Below are positions 22,205 to 34,766 of a stretch of 64,000 nt of DNA, piece after piece. The notes beneath the pieces were generated by a model. The model did not search any database. It saw only the letters and a program-made list of their open reading frames with translations, and was not told the origin of the DNA. The DNA lies in NCBI GenBank assembly GCA_043228905.1, contig JBHGNT010000006.1:3038001-3102000 (forward strand), given 5' to 3'. Made by a program: the position numbers and the translations under genes. This stretch comes from Azolla caroliniana. Taxonomy: Eukaryota; Plantae; Polypodiophyta. Numbering within the stretch: position 1 is the first letter of the stretch; every line of letters starts with the position of its first letter.

Positions 22205-23138
22205 ATGGAGTCGGAAGACGACGACCTCGCGGTGATGGTGGCCGAAGTGGTGTTGGAGTCGGCACGAGTGGTGATGAGGCGAGAAGCAGCGCAACAAGCG
22301 GTTGAGCGAGTGGTCGAAAGAGTCGGCCGTTTCAACGGGGACAAAGTCCCATCTTACTTGGAAGCCTACAATGCGGAAATGGAAGAGTGTGGCGTAGACG
22401 AGTCATTGAGGCTGGAGTTCTTCTGTCGGGCCGTAGCTGTCCGGATGCATTCGGAAGTAAAGGAGCTCCGTGAGGCTCATAGTTCGTGGGAGGCCTTCGG
22501 GACGACACGACTTTGACCAGTGGGTAGCATCGGCAAAGACCCATCGGGGCGCGACCAAGGCGTTCCGAGAGTTCGAGCGACAGCTTGCTCGGCTCCCAGA
22601 GCGGGAACAAGGTTTGGTGGGGGTGGACAAGGTCCTATTGTTCGTTAGGTCGATCGACCGAGCGGAACGGGAGGCCATCGAGATTGAGCTCGAAGACGAT
22701 GACGGGGCGAATGGGCTTACGGAGGACTGGTCGAAGGTCGGAAAGGTGTGCCAACGGCTAGACGATGAGCGAGCCGAGAAGGCTAAGAGGAAGGCGCGCG
22801 ACGGCGTGGCATCACAGCGGGAAGAGGTCGAACGGCAAAGGGAGTTGGCAAGGGTTGGCGTTGGGGCCAGGATTGCGGAGGCGTACACAGCTCTCGAGGC
22901 GATGCTCATGGAAGAGGAAAGATCGAGGCCGCAAGCCGAGACTAAGGAGATGGACTTACCCCATGCGACGACGGAAGATCGGTACCACGGTACCACGGGA
23001 GAGGGTGCGGAACAAAACGCCCTCTCGACTTGCGGAGATAGAACGGCCAAGGACGAGGTCGAGATACAGATCGCGGAACCAGCCCGAAACCCCGGGAATC
23101 GGAGAAACAAGCCCAGGCGGGGCTTGCGCGATCGGTAA
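22205..23138 (+). pseudogene. Frameshifted gag N-terminal homolog of element C
   Basis: VGRFNGDKVPSYLEAYNAEM and VLLFVRSID...GLTEDWSKVGKVC align by eye to A/B gag IGRFDGKDATKYLASYGAEM and VLLFVKSVD...GLTTDWAAVRKVC. Frame break near 22500. No zinc knuckle or protease. Confidence 0.8.
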
Positions 23139-24653
23139 AAAGACGACCGCCGACCATGAAGAGTCGGTGGCTACGGACAAGGGCGTAAAACGGACGGGCA
23201 ATTCTTTGTGTCTTCCCACACTTGCTCCCGAGATGATGGAAGTCGGGCCCGAGTGCCCACGTAAGTCCCAACCGGAGGAAGGCGGCGGCGAAGGACCAAG
23301 AATCATCGGCGAGACGACACGGGGAAGGAGCGGACGAAAGCCCACGGACCCGATTCCGGAGAACTCGGCGTTCGGGCCCGTATGCCCACGTAAGACCGAG
23401 GAGATGGATGGCGGTACCGAGGAGTCCTGGCACGATGCCAGCGAAGATGGATGGGAGATGGCCAGCGAAAGGGGCGACAAGGAGACCAAGGAACGACCCG
23501 ACTGGGGACCGAACCACGCGACGCTCCGGTACGGGTGGAGCGTGATCCGGTCGTGGATTGTTTGATTGGGGCCAGAATCGGCATAAAGGTGCCGATACGG
23601 GAGAGGGTGCGGGACTAGCCGCCCTCTTTTACATGGGGAGAAAGACCGACCAGGTGAAGGTCGGGAATTGGAAAGGAAGGTGATCAAAGGTTCGGAACGA
23701 GTCTGGCAAGATCAGCATCGGAGCCGAAACTCCGGACATTGGAGAATCAAGCTCAGGCGGGGCTTGATTGATCACAGAGCAGATGCTATCCACCGACACC
23801 ATTAAAAGGGGCGGTGGCCCGGACGAGTTGCAAAAAGACGTTGCGAAATCGGTTACGCCACATCTTATCCGGAGACTTTGGCAGTTCGGCCGACGTGGCA
23901 ACGTGAGACCGAAAAGATGGAGGATGGAGGCAAGTACGCGAGAAGGAGAGAAGCGACGAGTTCGGGAGAAGTACAAGGGATGAAGAGGAGAACGAAGTCC
24001 GGTCCTACAGGAACCCCACACTAGTTCGGAGGCCCCGACAGTTCGGCCAACGTAGCAACGTGAGACCTAGGGAGAAGGCTGGTGGCGACAGGAGAACGGG
24101 ACCCGGCAATACGGAGAAGGACGGACGGACCCGGACGAGAACTGGGCGGAGCGGACTCCCGGATGACCATTCCGGGAGGGAGGAAAAGAGTCGGCCTACG
24201 AAGAGGCCGAGGAGACGGTACGTCGGTACCACGGGAGAGGGTGCGGGGTAAACCGCCCTCTCGGCGTGCAGAAAAGGACGACCCGGGACAGGGTCAGGAA
24301 GACAATTCGGAGGCCCGAGGAGGATCCTTCACACCGGTTCTAGAGACTTCGGCAGTCGGCAACGCGGTTGACGTAAGACCAGGATACTGACGGTGGCGGC
24401 GACGGGCTAGGGATGGACGGTCTACGGAGATCCTCACACCGATCCGGCGGTCGGCCCGAGAGCCGGCGTGAGTCCTATAGGGAAGATCGGTGGCGGCAGG
24501 AGAACGTGATCCGACGATAGGAGGCGACGAACGGCAAGGAGGTATCATGCCGGCAAGGCGGCCACGAACCAAATCGGACCTTCCGGCACGGTCAGTGGGC
24601 GTAAGGAAGTCCGGTCCTACGGGATCCCCACACTTAACCAGAGACTCCGGCAG

Positions 24654-27600
24654 TGTTGCAGACAATGTCGTCAATGCGGAAGATCAGGAAGCATTCGATT
24701 GCTGTTGAGTACCTGCGTATGACAGTTTCTAGGTCTTTTCACAGAGAGAGAGAGAGAGAGAGGCACAAAAACGACTTTCTATTTTCAAAGCAATAATACA
24801 ACATCCAACCTTACAAAGAGGTTACAAGGTCACTATATATAGTGACCGACTTAGGGCAACTACCCTTTATGCTAATTACATAAATGGCCAAAACGGGATA
24901 GTGTGAATACGTCCATTATACACATGTATTCGACACTCCCCCGTAATGGGCGTATACATGGGTTATCTAAGATTACAGGTATAGACTTAGGTTCTCGGAC
25001 ATATCAGCTTTGTTCGAGTCGGCAGGGTCCGAAGGCAGAAGACCGAACTGGTCGGGTCGGAACAGTTGAAGCCGATCATTAAGGAACTGATGTCGGTTGT
25101 CTGGAACCATCCTGCTTTGTGTCCGGCTCTAACCGGACTGGTTTGTCGTTACGCCCATCTGATGCCGAAGGGACCGAAAGCGGTCTGCCGAAAGACACTT
25201 GGTCATTCCATCTGCGACATTGTCGGTTGTGGATATTTTCTCTAGAACGATTTTCCCTGAAATGACGCAGTCCCGAACGAAGTGATATCGAACGTCGATA
25301 TGTTTGGAGGCGTTGTGGTGAACCGGATTTTTCGACAAGGCAACAGCACCTTGACTGTCGCTGTAGACAACTGGAGCCGAGTCATGGTCGACTTGCCGAA
25401 ACGTGTGCGCCAGCCGACCGAGCCATAAGGCTTCTTTTGCTGCGTCGGACGCAGCTACATATTCTGCTTCGGTCGTTGAGGTCGCTGTGCACTCCTGAAG
25501 TTTCGACTTCCACGAGATTGCTCCATTGCCGAATTTGAAGCAGTATCCAGTTGTTGATTTCCGACTGTCTATACAGCCGGCGAAGTCCGAGTCGGTGTAA
25601 CCGACTACGCTTGAGGTTCGGTTCGGACCGAAAAGAATGCCGTGGTCTTTTGTGCCAGCCAGATATCTGAACACATGCTTGACTGCGTTCCAATGCGATC
25701 GGCCAGGATTGTGCATAAATCTGCTAACGACTCCTACGGCGTGAGAAATGTCAGGCCGTGTCGCGACCATCAGGTACATAAGGGAGCCGACTGCCGGTGC
25801 ATACGGTACCGACTTCATATCTTCCCCCTCCGGACCGGATGTCGGGCAGTCTCGCTGAGAGAGCCGAAGATTCATGGGGAACGGGGTTGAAGCAGATTTG
25901 GCTGATTGCATGTTGAAGCGTTCCAAGACACGTCCGATATAGTCGGTCTGAGACAAAAAAAGATGTCGTTTATCGCGATGCCGACTAATCTTCATGCCAA
26001 GGATGTGTCGTGCCGGACCGAGGTCCTTCATGGCAAACTTCAACCGCAGTTGCCGAATGAGATCGGCAAGTTCGCCCGCGTGGCGTCCAGAAAGTAGCAT
26101 GTCGTCCACGTAAATGATGAGGAAGATGGGTGATCCATCTTGAGCTGTGTTGGTGAAAAGACAATGGTCCTCATCGCTTTTTGAGAAGCCGATCGATTGG
26201 ATGAAGTCGTCGAACTTCTTGTACCATTGTCGCGGTGCCTGTTTGAGGCCGTATAGACTCTTCCTGAGTCGGCAGACTAGATGTTCTTGGCCAGTCGCCA
26301 CGAAGCCTTTTGGCTACTCCATATAAATTTCCTCTTCAAGATCACCATGGAGGAAGGCTGTTTTGACATCTAGCTGAATCAGCTCCAAGTTGTCGGCTGC
26401 CACTACGCCGAGTAGAAAGCGAAGGGTTGTCATTTTCACCACTGGTGAAAAAATCTCGTCGAAGTCGACGCCATATTCTTGTCGGAAGCCCTTCGCAACT
26501 AATCTGGCCTTGTACTTTGGGGTGGTCGAATCAGACGTCTCTTTTAGTCGATAAACCCACTTGCAAGGAAGAGCACGTCGGTTCCTAGGTAATTCGACCA
26601 GATCCCAAGTCTTGTTTGCCCGAATGGAGTGCATTTCCGACTCCATCGCCAGATGCCAGGTGGCTGAATCGACAGATGTCGATGCTTCTTCGTAAGACGT
26701 CGGTTCGCCGGCGTCGGTGAAGAAAATTCCAGGAGAATACCTCTCCGGAGGTTGCGACAGTCTCTCGGATCGTCGAGGTATGATTGGACTGGTCGCATCG
26801 GGTATCGAGGTCGGATGGTCCGAAAGCGGATTGTTCTGCTGTGCCGAGTCGGGGTTGTCCGAGTCGGTAGTGTAAGGTTCAGCTAGCCGTGAAGCTGACC
26901 GTGTGTTGAGAGCGGGGCCTTCTTGAAGGGTCGGCACATCGGAGAATGTTACCCTTCGGCTTCGATCGGTTTTTCGACTGATGGATTCATAGCCGACTCG
27001 TTGAATACAACGTCCGAACTTCGAACGATTTGTCTGCGTTCGGGGTCCCAGAGTCGGTATCCCATTTCGCCGTCGGATCCATATCCAAGGAAAATGCATT
27101 TCCTGGAACGAGGTGCAAGTTTTCGGCGATCATCTTTCGGAATAAGGGCGTACGCCTCGCATCCGAAGATCCTCAGCTTGTCGTAATTCGGCTTGCTGCC
27201 GATCCATAGTTCCTGAGGAATTTGAAGTCCTAGAGGTCTACTTGGCGACATATTGATTATGTGTACTGCCGTGAGTAGAGCCTCTGCCCAGAAGCCATCC
27301 GACAGTCCGGAGTGTTGGAGCATGGAAACTATCCGTTCTTGGATTGTCCGATTCATGCGTTCGGCAATCCCGTTTTGCTCCGGACTGTGTGGTGCCGTAA
27401 ATTCACGTCGGATGCCGCGTTGTCGGCAGAATTTGACGAATTCTTCGGATTTAAACTCTCCCCCATTGTCTGTCCGAAAGCATTTCAGCTTTCGGTCGGT
27501 TTGATTTTCTACCATAGCGAGCCAATCGGTGAAGATCGAGAAGACCCGATCTTTGGTGCGAATTGGATAAGCCCACACCTTTCGAGTCGAATCGTCAATA

Positions 27601-29999
27601 AAAGTGACGAAGTAAGAGGCACCGCCGAGAGACTGATGCGGCATTGGGCCACAGACGTCCGAATGGACTAAATCGAGAGGTCTCGTTTCTCTTGGTGCTG
27701 ATGTCGGGTGTGATGCGGCTGCTTGTTTGCCATACTGGCAATGCTCGCAGAATTGATGGTCGGAGAAGGAGAGTTTAGGGATGTATCCGGCTCTAGATAG
27801 GTGCGTGATGCCGGCCTTGCTGAGGTGTCCTAATCTTCTGTGCCATAGTGATGACACAGGAATATCCACCAAAAACAGGTTACCCTCTCTGAGCGTAACA
27901 TGTAACGGATACAAGGAGTGTATCTTGGGTCCTCTAGCAAGTAGGAGGTTCCCCCTGTGGAGTGTCCACCCTCCTGAAGAAAAACCGGCACGAATGCCGT
28001 CTTCATCTAGTTGTCCGACTGAGATCAATGGCCTTGAGAGCTCGGGTACATGTCGGACATTGTGGAGTACAAGTGTAGAGCCACCTGCAAGGTTGAGCTC
28101 TACTGTGCCGATTCCGATGATGTCACAGTGTTGTGAGTTGCCGACTCGAACTGAGTCGGAGTGACGGATCGTATATTGCCGAAACTGGGATCGATGAGGA
28201 GTCACGTGAAATGACGCGCCCGAATCTAAGAGCCATGTGCTCGATTCTTCAGTCGTGAGTAGAACTTCTGATCCGACTGGATTTTCGATTGATAGTATAT
28301 TCGGGTCGTCCGGTAGTACATCCGCTGAGGAGCTGACGTAATTGATCTCCTCATGCCGGCCACTCTTCTTGTTGTTCTTGTTCTTGAGTGCGCGGCAGTC
28401 GGCTTTGATGTGTCCGGGTTTCTTGCAATAGTTGCAGATTCGGTTATCCCGTGACTGGCTCCGTCTTCGCTGATTGTTCGGCGGCTGTGAGGAATCTCTT
28501 CCTCGTATGTTCGATCGGTCTGTCGAACCTTGTACTACGTAAGCGTCGTCTGTTGAGTCTTTGGCGAAAGACTTTCTCCGAGCTGCTTCGGTCAGGATTG
28601 CGCTCGTGACTTCGGAGTATTTAACAGCCGTGGTTGACGCGTTGCACACGGTTGTGACGAAAGTTTCCCATGATGAGGGAAGGCTGCTCATGAGTATCAT
28701 TGCTCTGAGTTCATCCTCGATTGCCGTCCCCTGTGACGAGATTTGGGAGCTTATGCTTTCGTACTCATTGAGGTGTGCTTGGACCGAATCGGATTCTTTC
28801 ATCCGCAAGTTGTAGAGGCGCCGGATCAGAAACATCTTCGTTGCGGCGACCTTCTTTTCGTAAGTGTCCGACAGTGTTTTCCACAGTTCGAATGCTGTCG
28901 TACACGATTGCACCGTAAAGTATACCGATTCCGATAGGTGCATCCGAATCGTGGCGCGGACGATTCTGTCCAGCTTCTGCCACTCGATTGGTTTGTATCC
29001 TTCTGGAGGTTCTTCATTTTCGATGGGATCGATTTGTCCCTTGACTATGAGATAGTCCTGCATTTGCTCCTTCCAGAAGTTGAAGTTCGATCCATCGAAC
29101 TTTCGTAGACTCATTTCTGACGAGCCGGATGTTGATGCCATCAAATTCGGTTTCGGTTGACGAAGCTCGGTTCGGAGTTGACTACGAACCTTGTTGGAGT
29201 GCAGCCGGTTGGCTCACCCGATATCGTTCTAGTCGGATTTGAACCCGAGTCGGTTCGGCTTCGGAACTTGCTCGAATTGACTCCGGTAGCTTGAGGGACA
29301 GGACCGACTGGTCTTCCCGAATGTTGCCGAGTCGGAGTGAGCCCGGTTCGCTTCGGATGTATATGCCGAATACCGATTATTTAAACCGATTATCTGGACC
29401 GATTCTGCTTCGGTCAACTGCAGCAACGAGAGAGACGGATCCAACTGATCCTCCCGAATGTTGAACAGTCGGATGAAGCACGATCGCGTCAATGTTGCAC
29501 AAGGGGATTTCACCTCGAGCGGTTACGATCACGGAGAACAGAGTACAACCTGCTGGCTTGCTCCAAACGAAGATGATCTAACACGATGAGATGCAAACCT
29601 GGTTTTTTCTTCTTCTTCTCTCTTCTTCGAATGACGCAGGAAACCGAATACTGTGCAGGCTGAGACGACGGTCGACAACGGGATGAAGGACCGAGTACTG
29701 TGCAGGCTCTGATACCAGATGTTGCAGACAATGTTGTCAATGCGGAAGATCAGGAAGCATTCGATTGCTGTTGAGTACTTGCGTATGACAGTTTCTAGGT
29801 CTTTTCACAGAGAGAGAGAGAGAGAGGCACAAAAACGACTTTCTATTTTCAAAGCAATAATACAACATCCAACCTTACAAAGAGGTTACAAGGTCACTAT
29901 ATATAGTGACCGACTTAGGGCAACTACCCTTTATGCTAATTACATAAATGGCCAAAACGGGATAGTGTGAATACGTCCATTATACACATGTATTCGACA
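24654..29999 (-). mobile_element. Ty1/copia LTR retrotransposon (Tnt1/Tork-like), full length, inserted in element C
   Basis: LTRs at 24654-24935 and 29720-29999 (two C/T differences and one AG-repeat indel seen). 5-bp TSD GGCAG. tRNA-iMet PBS TGGTATCAGAGCC (29705-29717, minus). PPT adjacent to 24935. Confidence 0.96.
25129..29144 (-). pseudogene. Copia gag-PR-INT-RT-RH polyprotein with one frameshift and one premature stop
   Basis: Motifs CNYCKKPGHIKADC, WLLDSGAS, LVHSDVCGP, RTDNGGEF, YKARLVAKGF, YVDDML, HIDVRYHFVRD. 1-nt frameshift near 26960. TAG at 26314-26316 where the conserved MEQP has Gln. Confidence 0.92.
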
Positions 30000-32143
30000 G
30001 GCAGTTCGGCCAACGTGGCAACATGAGACCGAGAGAGAAGGTTGGCGGCGGCGGGAAACGGGACCCGACTACGCGAAAGACATGAGGAGAGTCGGGAAGG
30101 GACTCAAACAAAAGACACCCGAATTTCGGCAAGCATAGAAACGGAGTCCGGTCCTATGGGACCCTCACACCGATCCGGAGACTCCAGCAGTTCGGCCAAC
30201 GTGGCAACGTGAGACCTAGGGAGAAGGACGGTGGCGGCAGGGAACGAGACCCAACGACACGAGGTTTCGGAAGGAGCCGGTAGGGGCAAACACGGGGAGG
30301 TGTGTCAGGCCGGAAAGGCACACCTGGGACGGAATAAGAGTCTCGCAAGTGGCCATCGCGGGCCGGATCAAAGCGTGACTACGGGACAGTGTTCGGCACG
30401 AGCGGTGCCGAACGAAGGCAGCGAAAGACGGCACAAGGGAGGTACTGGGAACAAGGTGACAAGTGCCTAGTGGACTGCACAGGGTCGGAGTCAGGGGATG
30501 GCAAGAGAGGCCGGAGGAGGATCCTCCACACTCGCTTCGTAGATCTCGGTAGCTCCGTCGAAGTAGCGAAGACTGACATGGCAAGCCGGGATGACAAGCT
30601 GGTGGGGGCGAGGGGACGACGGCAAGCGGAAGACTCAGGACCTGTTGCAGCAGCACGAAGACGGGAAGGGCCAAGTGGGCTACCACGGGGTGTTCCTCGG
30701 GTGCGGAGGACACTAGTATGCGGGTGAGTGGCGATGCGCGATCTGGTCGGGAAACGGGCCGACAAGGCGTGCAATGAACCGGAGTACGGCACAGCCAGTG
30801 CCAAACAACGGACGAGTGAATGTGGCACACGGAGGTGCCAGAGCGGAAAGGCGAGCACGGAGAGGGGTTGCGCGGTTCGGAGGTAGCGCGTAGAAGGCCG
30901 AGAAGGATCCTCCACACCGTTCCGGAGACCATGGCGGTTCGAGCGGACGCGACGATGTAAGACCATGGAGAAGGAAGGTGGCGGCGAGCGGACAAAGGCA
31001 ATGCGAAACAACATGGGACGGCAATCAGGACAACACGAATGCTCAAGGGAGGACATCGGGATACGGCGGGGAGCGGGGCGTGCATACGGCCGAACAAGGG
31101 CCAACGGAAGTACGCGTACTACGGAGATCGCAGTGGAGGACCCATCGACGGGTCGAACGAGCCTACGGGGAGGTAAGCGCGAAGGAAGAACCGAAGCCGA
31201 CGGATCAAACCGGCAACGAGTTGGGATGCGGATTACGGAAGACCGGTTTCTCACTGGCCGAAATCTCTCACCCTTCACCGGAATTGGCACGTACCGGTGG
31301 ACGTGCGTTTAGGTGGGGGCAGATGTCGTGAAGAATTTCGTCCAGAGGTGGAAACCGGGAAACATTGGCTACATCGGCGGGGTGTAGCAGGTGTGTTCAC
31401 CCTTGTACATTTAGCGTGAATAACGAGGGCGCCTTTATGGCGCCGAAGAGTAGTTAAGTCGGGATTTATCCCACATTGTAACGCATCCCTCTCCCTGTTC
31501 TATAAAAGGAAGGGAGCGCCCTTTGTGAAAGGGGTTGCCCATTTTGGCGTTAGAGGGTATACCGTTAGATTTAGGGTTAGTTACGCTTCTTCTTCTTCTT
31601 CCCCCTTCGTGTTTTGCTTAGGGTTTGCTTTGGCTTGGCCTCCTGTGCAAGACCCCGCTCGGCGCGACGCACCGAGAGCTCCCTGACGGCGGCTTCACAG
31701 CAGATGACTATTGAAACCTACCTTGGTCCGGCTCGAAGCTGGGAATGTATTCTTCCTTTATATATATATTCATTTGCGTCTGTTTGTGTATATTCGCGTC
31801 CCTGTTGGTGTCGGGTGCTTCCCCTTTCCTATGTTTCCTGTACATAAGGGCGTGAGTCGGGTCGGCATGTGTGTGTGTGTGCGTGTGTGTGCGTGAGTCG
31901 ATGTTAAGCGCGCGCTCCCTCTCTTTCCCTCTCTCCCTTCGGTCGCTTCCGGTGTTCTTCTGGGATTCCCCGGAAACGGTGAAGCACGACTTCCTACGGT
32001 CCGTCACTCCCTAGTCCAAGACCCCCGTGGTCCCGCCTTTCTCCACGCACGCGCGTAATAACGCGACAACGGAATGTAGTGGCTGAACCCATGACCTCTT
32101 GGTCTCCATTGGGCAACTTTACCAACTGAGCTACATCCATCTA

Positions 32144-32182
<39 letters not shown>

Positions 32183-32380
32183 TAAAAGCACACAATTATC
32201 TTTATTGTATCTAAAATCCACTTAGCTACAACACTTCTTAGTCTCCTCTACCTATCATATGCCTATGTAGGGAGAGGGACATATTGTAATGCTATTAAAA
32301 AACTTGAATATGTATTTGAGGAAATGATCCCCACATGCTCTAACATCCAAAAATTCCACATTCTCTCTCTCCACATCCAA

Positions 32381-32462
32381 AATGTTTGAATAACATTCGC
32401 ATTCGTTTTCCAATGTAGGAAAACAAATGTTATGCTAGACAACACGAATTTTACGTACTATG
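32381..32462. repeat. Terminal fragment of the MITE found at 49322-49578
   Basis: ataacattcgcattcgttttccaatgtaggaaaac...cacgaattttacgtactatg closely matches about 49497-49578. Confidence 0.75.
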
Positions 32463-33734
32463 GGGTAGATTATTGTCACAACTTGTTTTAGTAATTAGTT
32501 TGATCCGTAGTAGCTCATATGTTATTGACAAGTCATCCTTCCCTCCCACAAGAAAGTACACAATGGTATGTCCCCACAAAACGACCTTGAGGTGACCTTA
32601 AGAAGAACACATGACTAGGACATCAGGTTTTTGGCAAGAACACAAAAGGACGTTACTTCTTTTGGTGCTATTGTTGGGGATTAAAGCTACCACTCAAAGG
32701 TAGTGGAGATTTTTCCTAAGCTCCCATGACTTTGTTTAGGATAAAGATGTGAGGAGGAACCACCTCATACCATGTGTATATGTATATGTATATGCAATAT
32801 ATGTAATGCGAATTCGTTTTCTTTTGCTTATTTTGTTTACCTATTGCCGCATAATCACAACTAATGGTTAACCATTTCTTAATCCATTGCCTTAAAATTG
32901 ATTCTAATCGTGACTACCGATTCATATTAGTCGATGTGTAAGGGCATTCTCAATATTCCTGTCCCCAAAAAATGTAATCTTAGGACAAAGAATATTAGTA
33001 CAAGCAAGAGGCTCAGTTGTATCTTTTCAAGGAATGCACTTAAAAGCCCTTTAAGGTTTAGCATGGACAAACACTCAAACTCACACACTCATCCTTCTTG
33101 TGTCAAACCATCTTGTTGAGTGTCAACAATCAAGAAGAACCATCATATTGACTTGTGTGTTATAAATTTTCAGTTATTTCCATCGTGTTGACATATAAGA
33201 ACAACGGGTTGGGTCTATTTATATGATTGAATAGTCTCACAACAAGTTGCTAGCATGAATAAAAATGTTGAACATTGGAATACCCAAAGCTTGAAAATAT
33301 CAAGTTTACACCGTCACTTTGATAAATACCATGGCCATGCCTACTTTTGATTTTGTGAGTACTTCTGCTAGTCAAGAGAAACATTAAGTAGGATCTCAAA
33401 CGTACAAGGTTGAAAACCCAACCCACCTACTTAACACACATAGACGGCAACAACAATAACTTACTCTCCAAGCTCGGACCTGGAGGCTATGCTCTAATCA
33501 ATCCATACACTCTTTAGTAATTTGAAATATAGTGGTAAGTTCGGCACACATATGCAAGCTTGTACCTCATTTTATGGGGACATGCAATGCTTATGACCAT
33601 ATTGAGAGGTTCAAGCAAATCAAACGAGCTTGTTGGGAAAACAATGAATACTTTGAGTCTCAATTTAGAGGAGCAAGCCAGGGTTTGATTTTGCATGCTT
33701 CTAGACAAAGCATGGGATAACTTCCTTTGCATAA

Positions 33735-34766
33735 TTTAGATTGGGATCCGGCTGATTATCAATGGAAAAAGCCGAGTTATGGTGGATATGGTAAACATTT
33801 GGAGTTTTTCCAATATTCAGTTAAGCTAGGTAGAAATTTATTGTTGCAATCAAAGTATAAATGTTTTGCTGCCATGAAGCACTGGTCTGAGAATAATGTG
33901 CAGGAATTCCAACTTGCAAAATTTTGGAAATGGTTGTGGAGCCGAAAAAAGTCATTTGATTTCGATGGATGTTGATTCATTATGCTCTTCCTGTTGGTGA
34001 TTGGTTGAGACAGCATCAACAATATGCTTGTGGATTGCATTGTGGTGCACCTACTGAATCGATTTTGCACGTGCTTTGGTTATGTCCCAAGATCAAGAAA
34101 TTTTGGAGTAAGTTGTTTTTATTGTTGAGACAACACTACTCTCGATCAATATTCTCTTGGGGTGCAGTATTGTGGGGTGTCCTTCATGGAGAGGTTATTA
34201 GGTATGAAAGTATGCATGCTTCTCATGTATTTCATTTTTCTTATGGACACCTCTCTCTCACCTCGTTTCCTTCTTCTATTTCACGGTTCAGAATTAAAAA
34301 TCTGGTCATTTGGTGTACAATTACGTCATTGGCTCTTTGGATAATATGGAAAGTGAGATGTGATTTTGTTTTTAACAATGCCCATATACAGCTCAACACT
34401 ATGCTTATTGAATTCCGGATGTTGTTTGTTCACACACTTCATGGCCAATATGATGATTTGCAAGGTTTAGATGATGTTTTGTGGCAACATCAAGTGGCAT
34501 TTAAGAACCGATGGCAAGGACTCCAATTATTTTCAGAGACAACTGTTGGTCCAAAGTGGAATTATGCCATACCTTCGTTTATGTTGGATAGTGGATAGTA
34601 AGTATTGTTCTACTTGTTCATATATGACATCATCAGTATCATCAGATGTACTAGCTTTTGTATCTTACAAAAAGAAGTGAGATGAAATGTCTCCTATTTT
34701 TCTTATGTAGACTTTTCAAGTAATATACTAAGGTGTATCTTCCTTAAAAATAAAATAAAAATAAAA
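33735..34766 (+). mobile_element. 5'-truncated L1-type LINE (3' end)
   Basis: LDWDPADYQW, zf-RVT (CGLHCGAPTESILHVLWLC), WNYAIP. (A)nT tail. 18-bp TSD ATAACTTCCTTT(G/A)CATAA at 33717-33734 and 34767-34784. Confidence 0.82.

Larger units (their letters stand above)
23870..30970 (+). repeat. Dispersed degenerate internal repeats of element C (interrupted by the copia element)
   Basis: Core ggagact..gcagttcggccaacgtggcaacgtgagacc at about 23870, 24027, 24341, 24640/30005 (split by copia), 30177 and 30921. Confidence 0.75.
14342..32068 (+). mobile_element. Non-autonomous gag-only LTR retrotransposon (element C), host of gypsy A and the copia element
   Basis: 5' LTR is 14342-14689 plus 21761-22167 (split by A); 3' LTR is 31324-32068. 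TG...CA ends, TSD ACGG (14338-14341 and 32069-32072), PBS at 22172-22189, PPT AGGTGGGGGCAGA before 31324. No pol motifs seen internally. Confidence 0.92.

Noticed and set aside
23870-30970. Repeat-spacer-like pattern in element C (CRISPR-like)
   Set aside because: The repeats are degenerate, irregularly spaced and have homologous spacers. The context is a eukaryotic retroelement with no cas genes.
32390-32440. Hairpin followed by CTAG resembling a Helitron 3' end
   Set aside because: The same sequence lies inside a TIR- and 8-bp-TSD-bounded MITE at 49322-49578.
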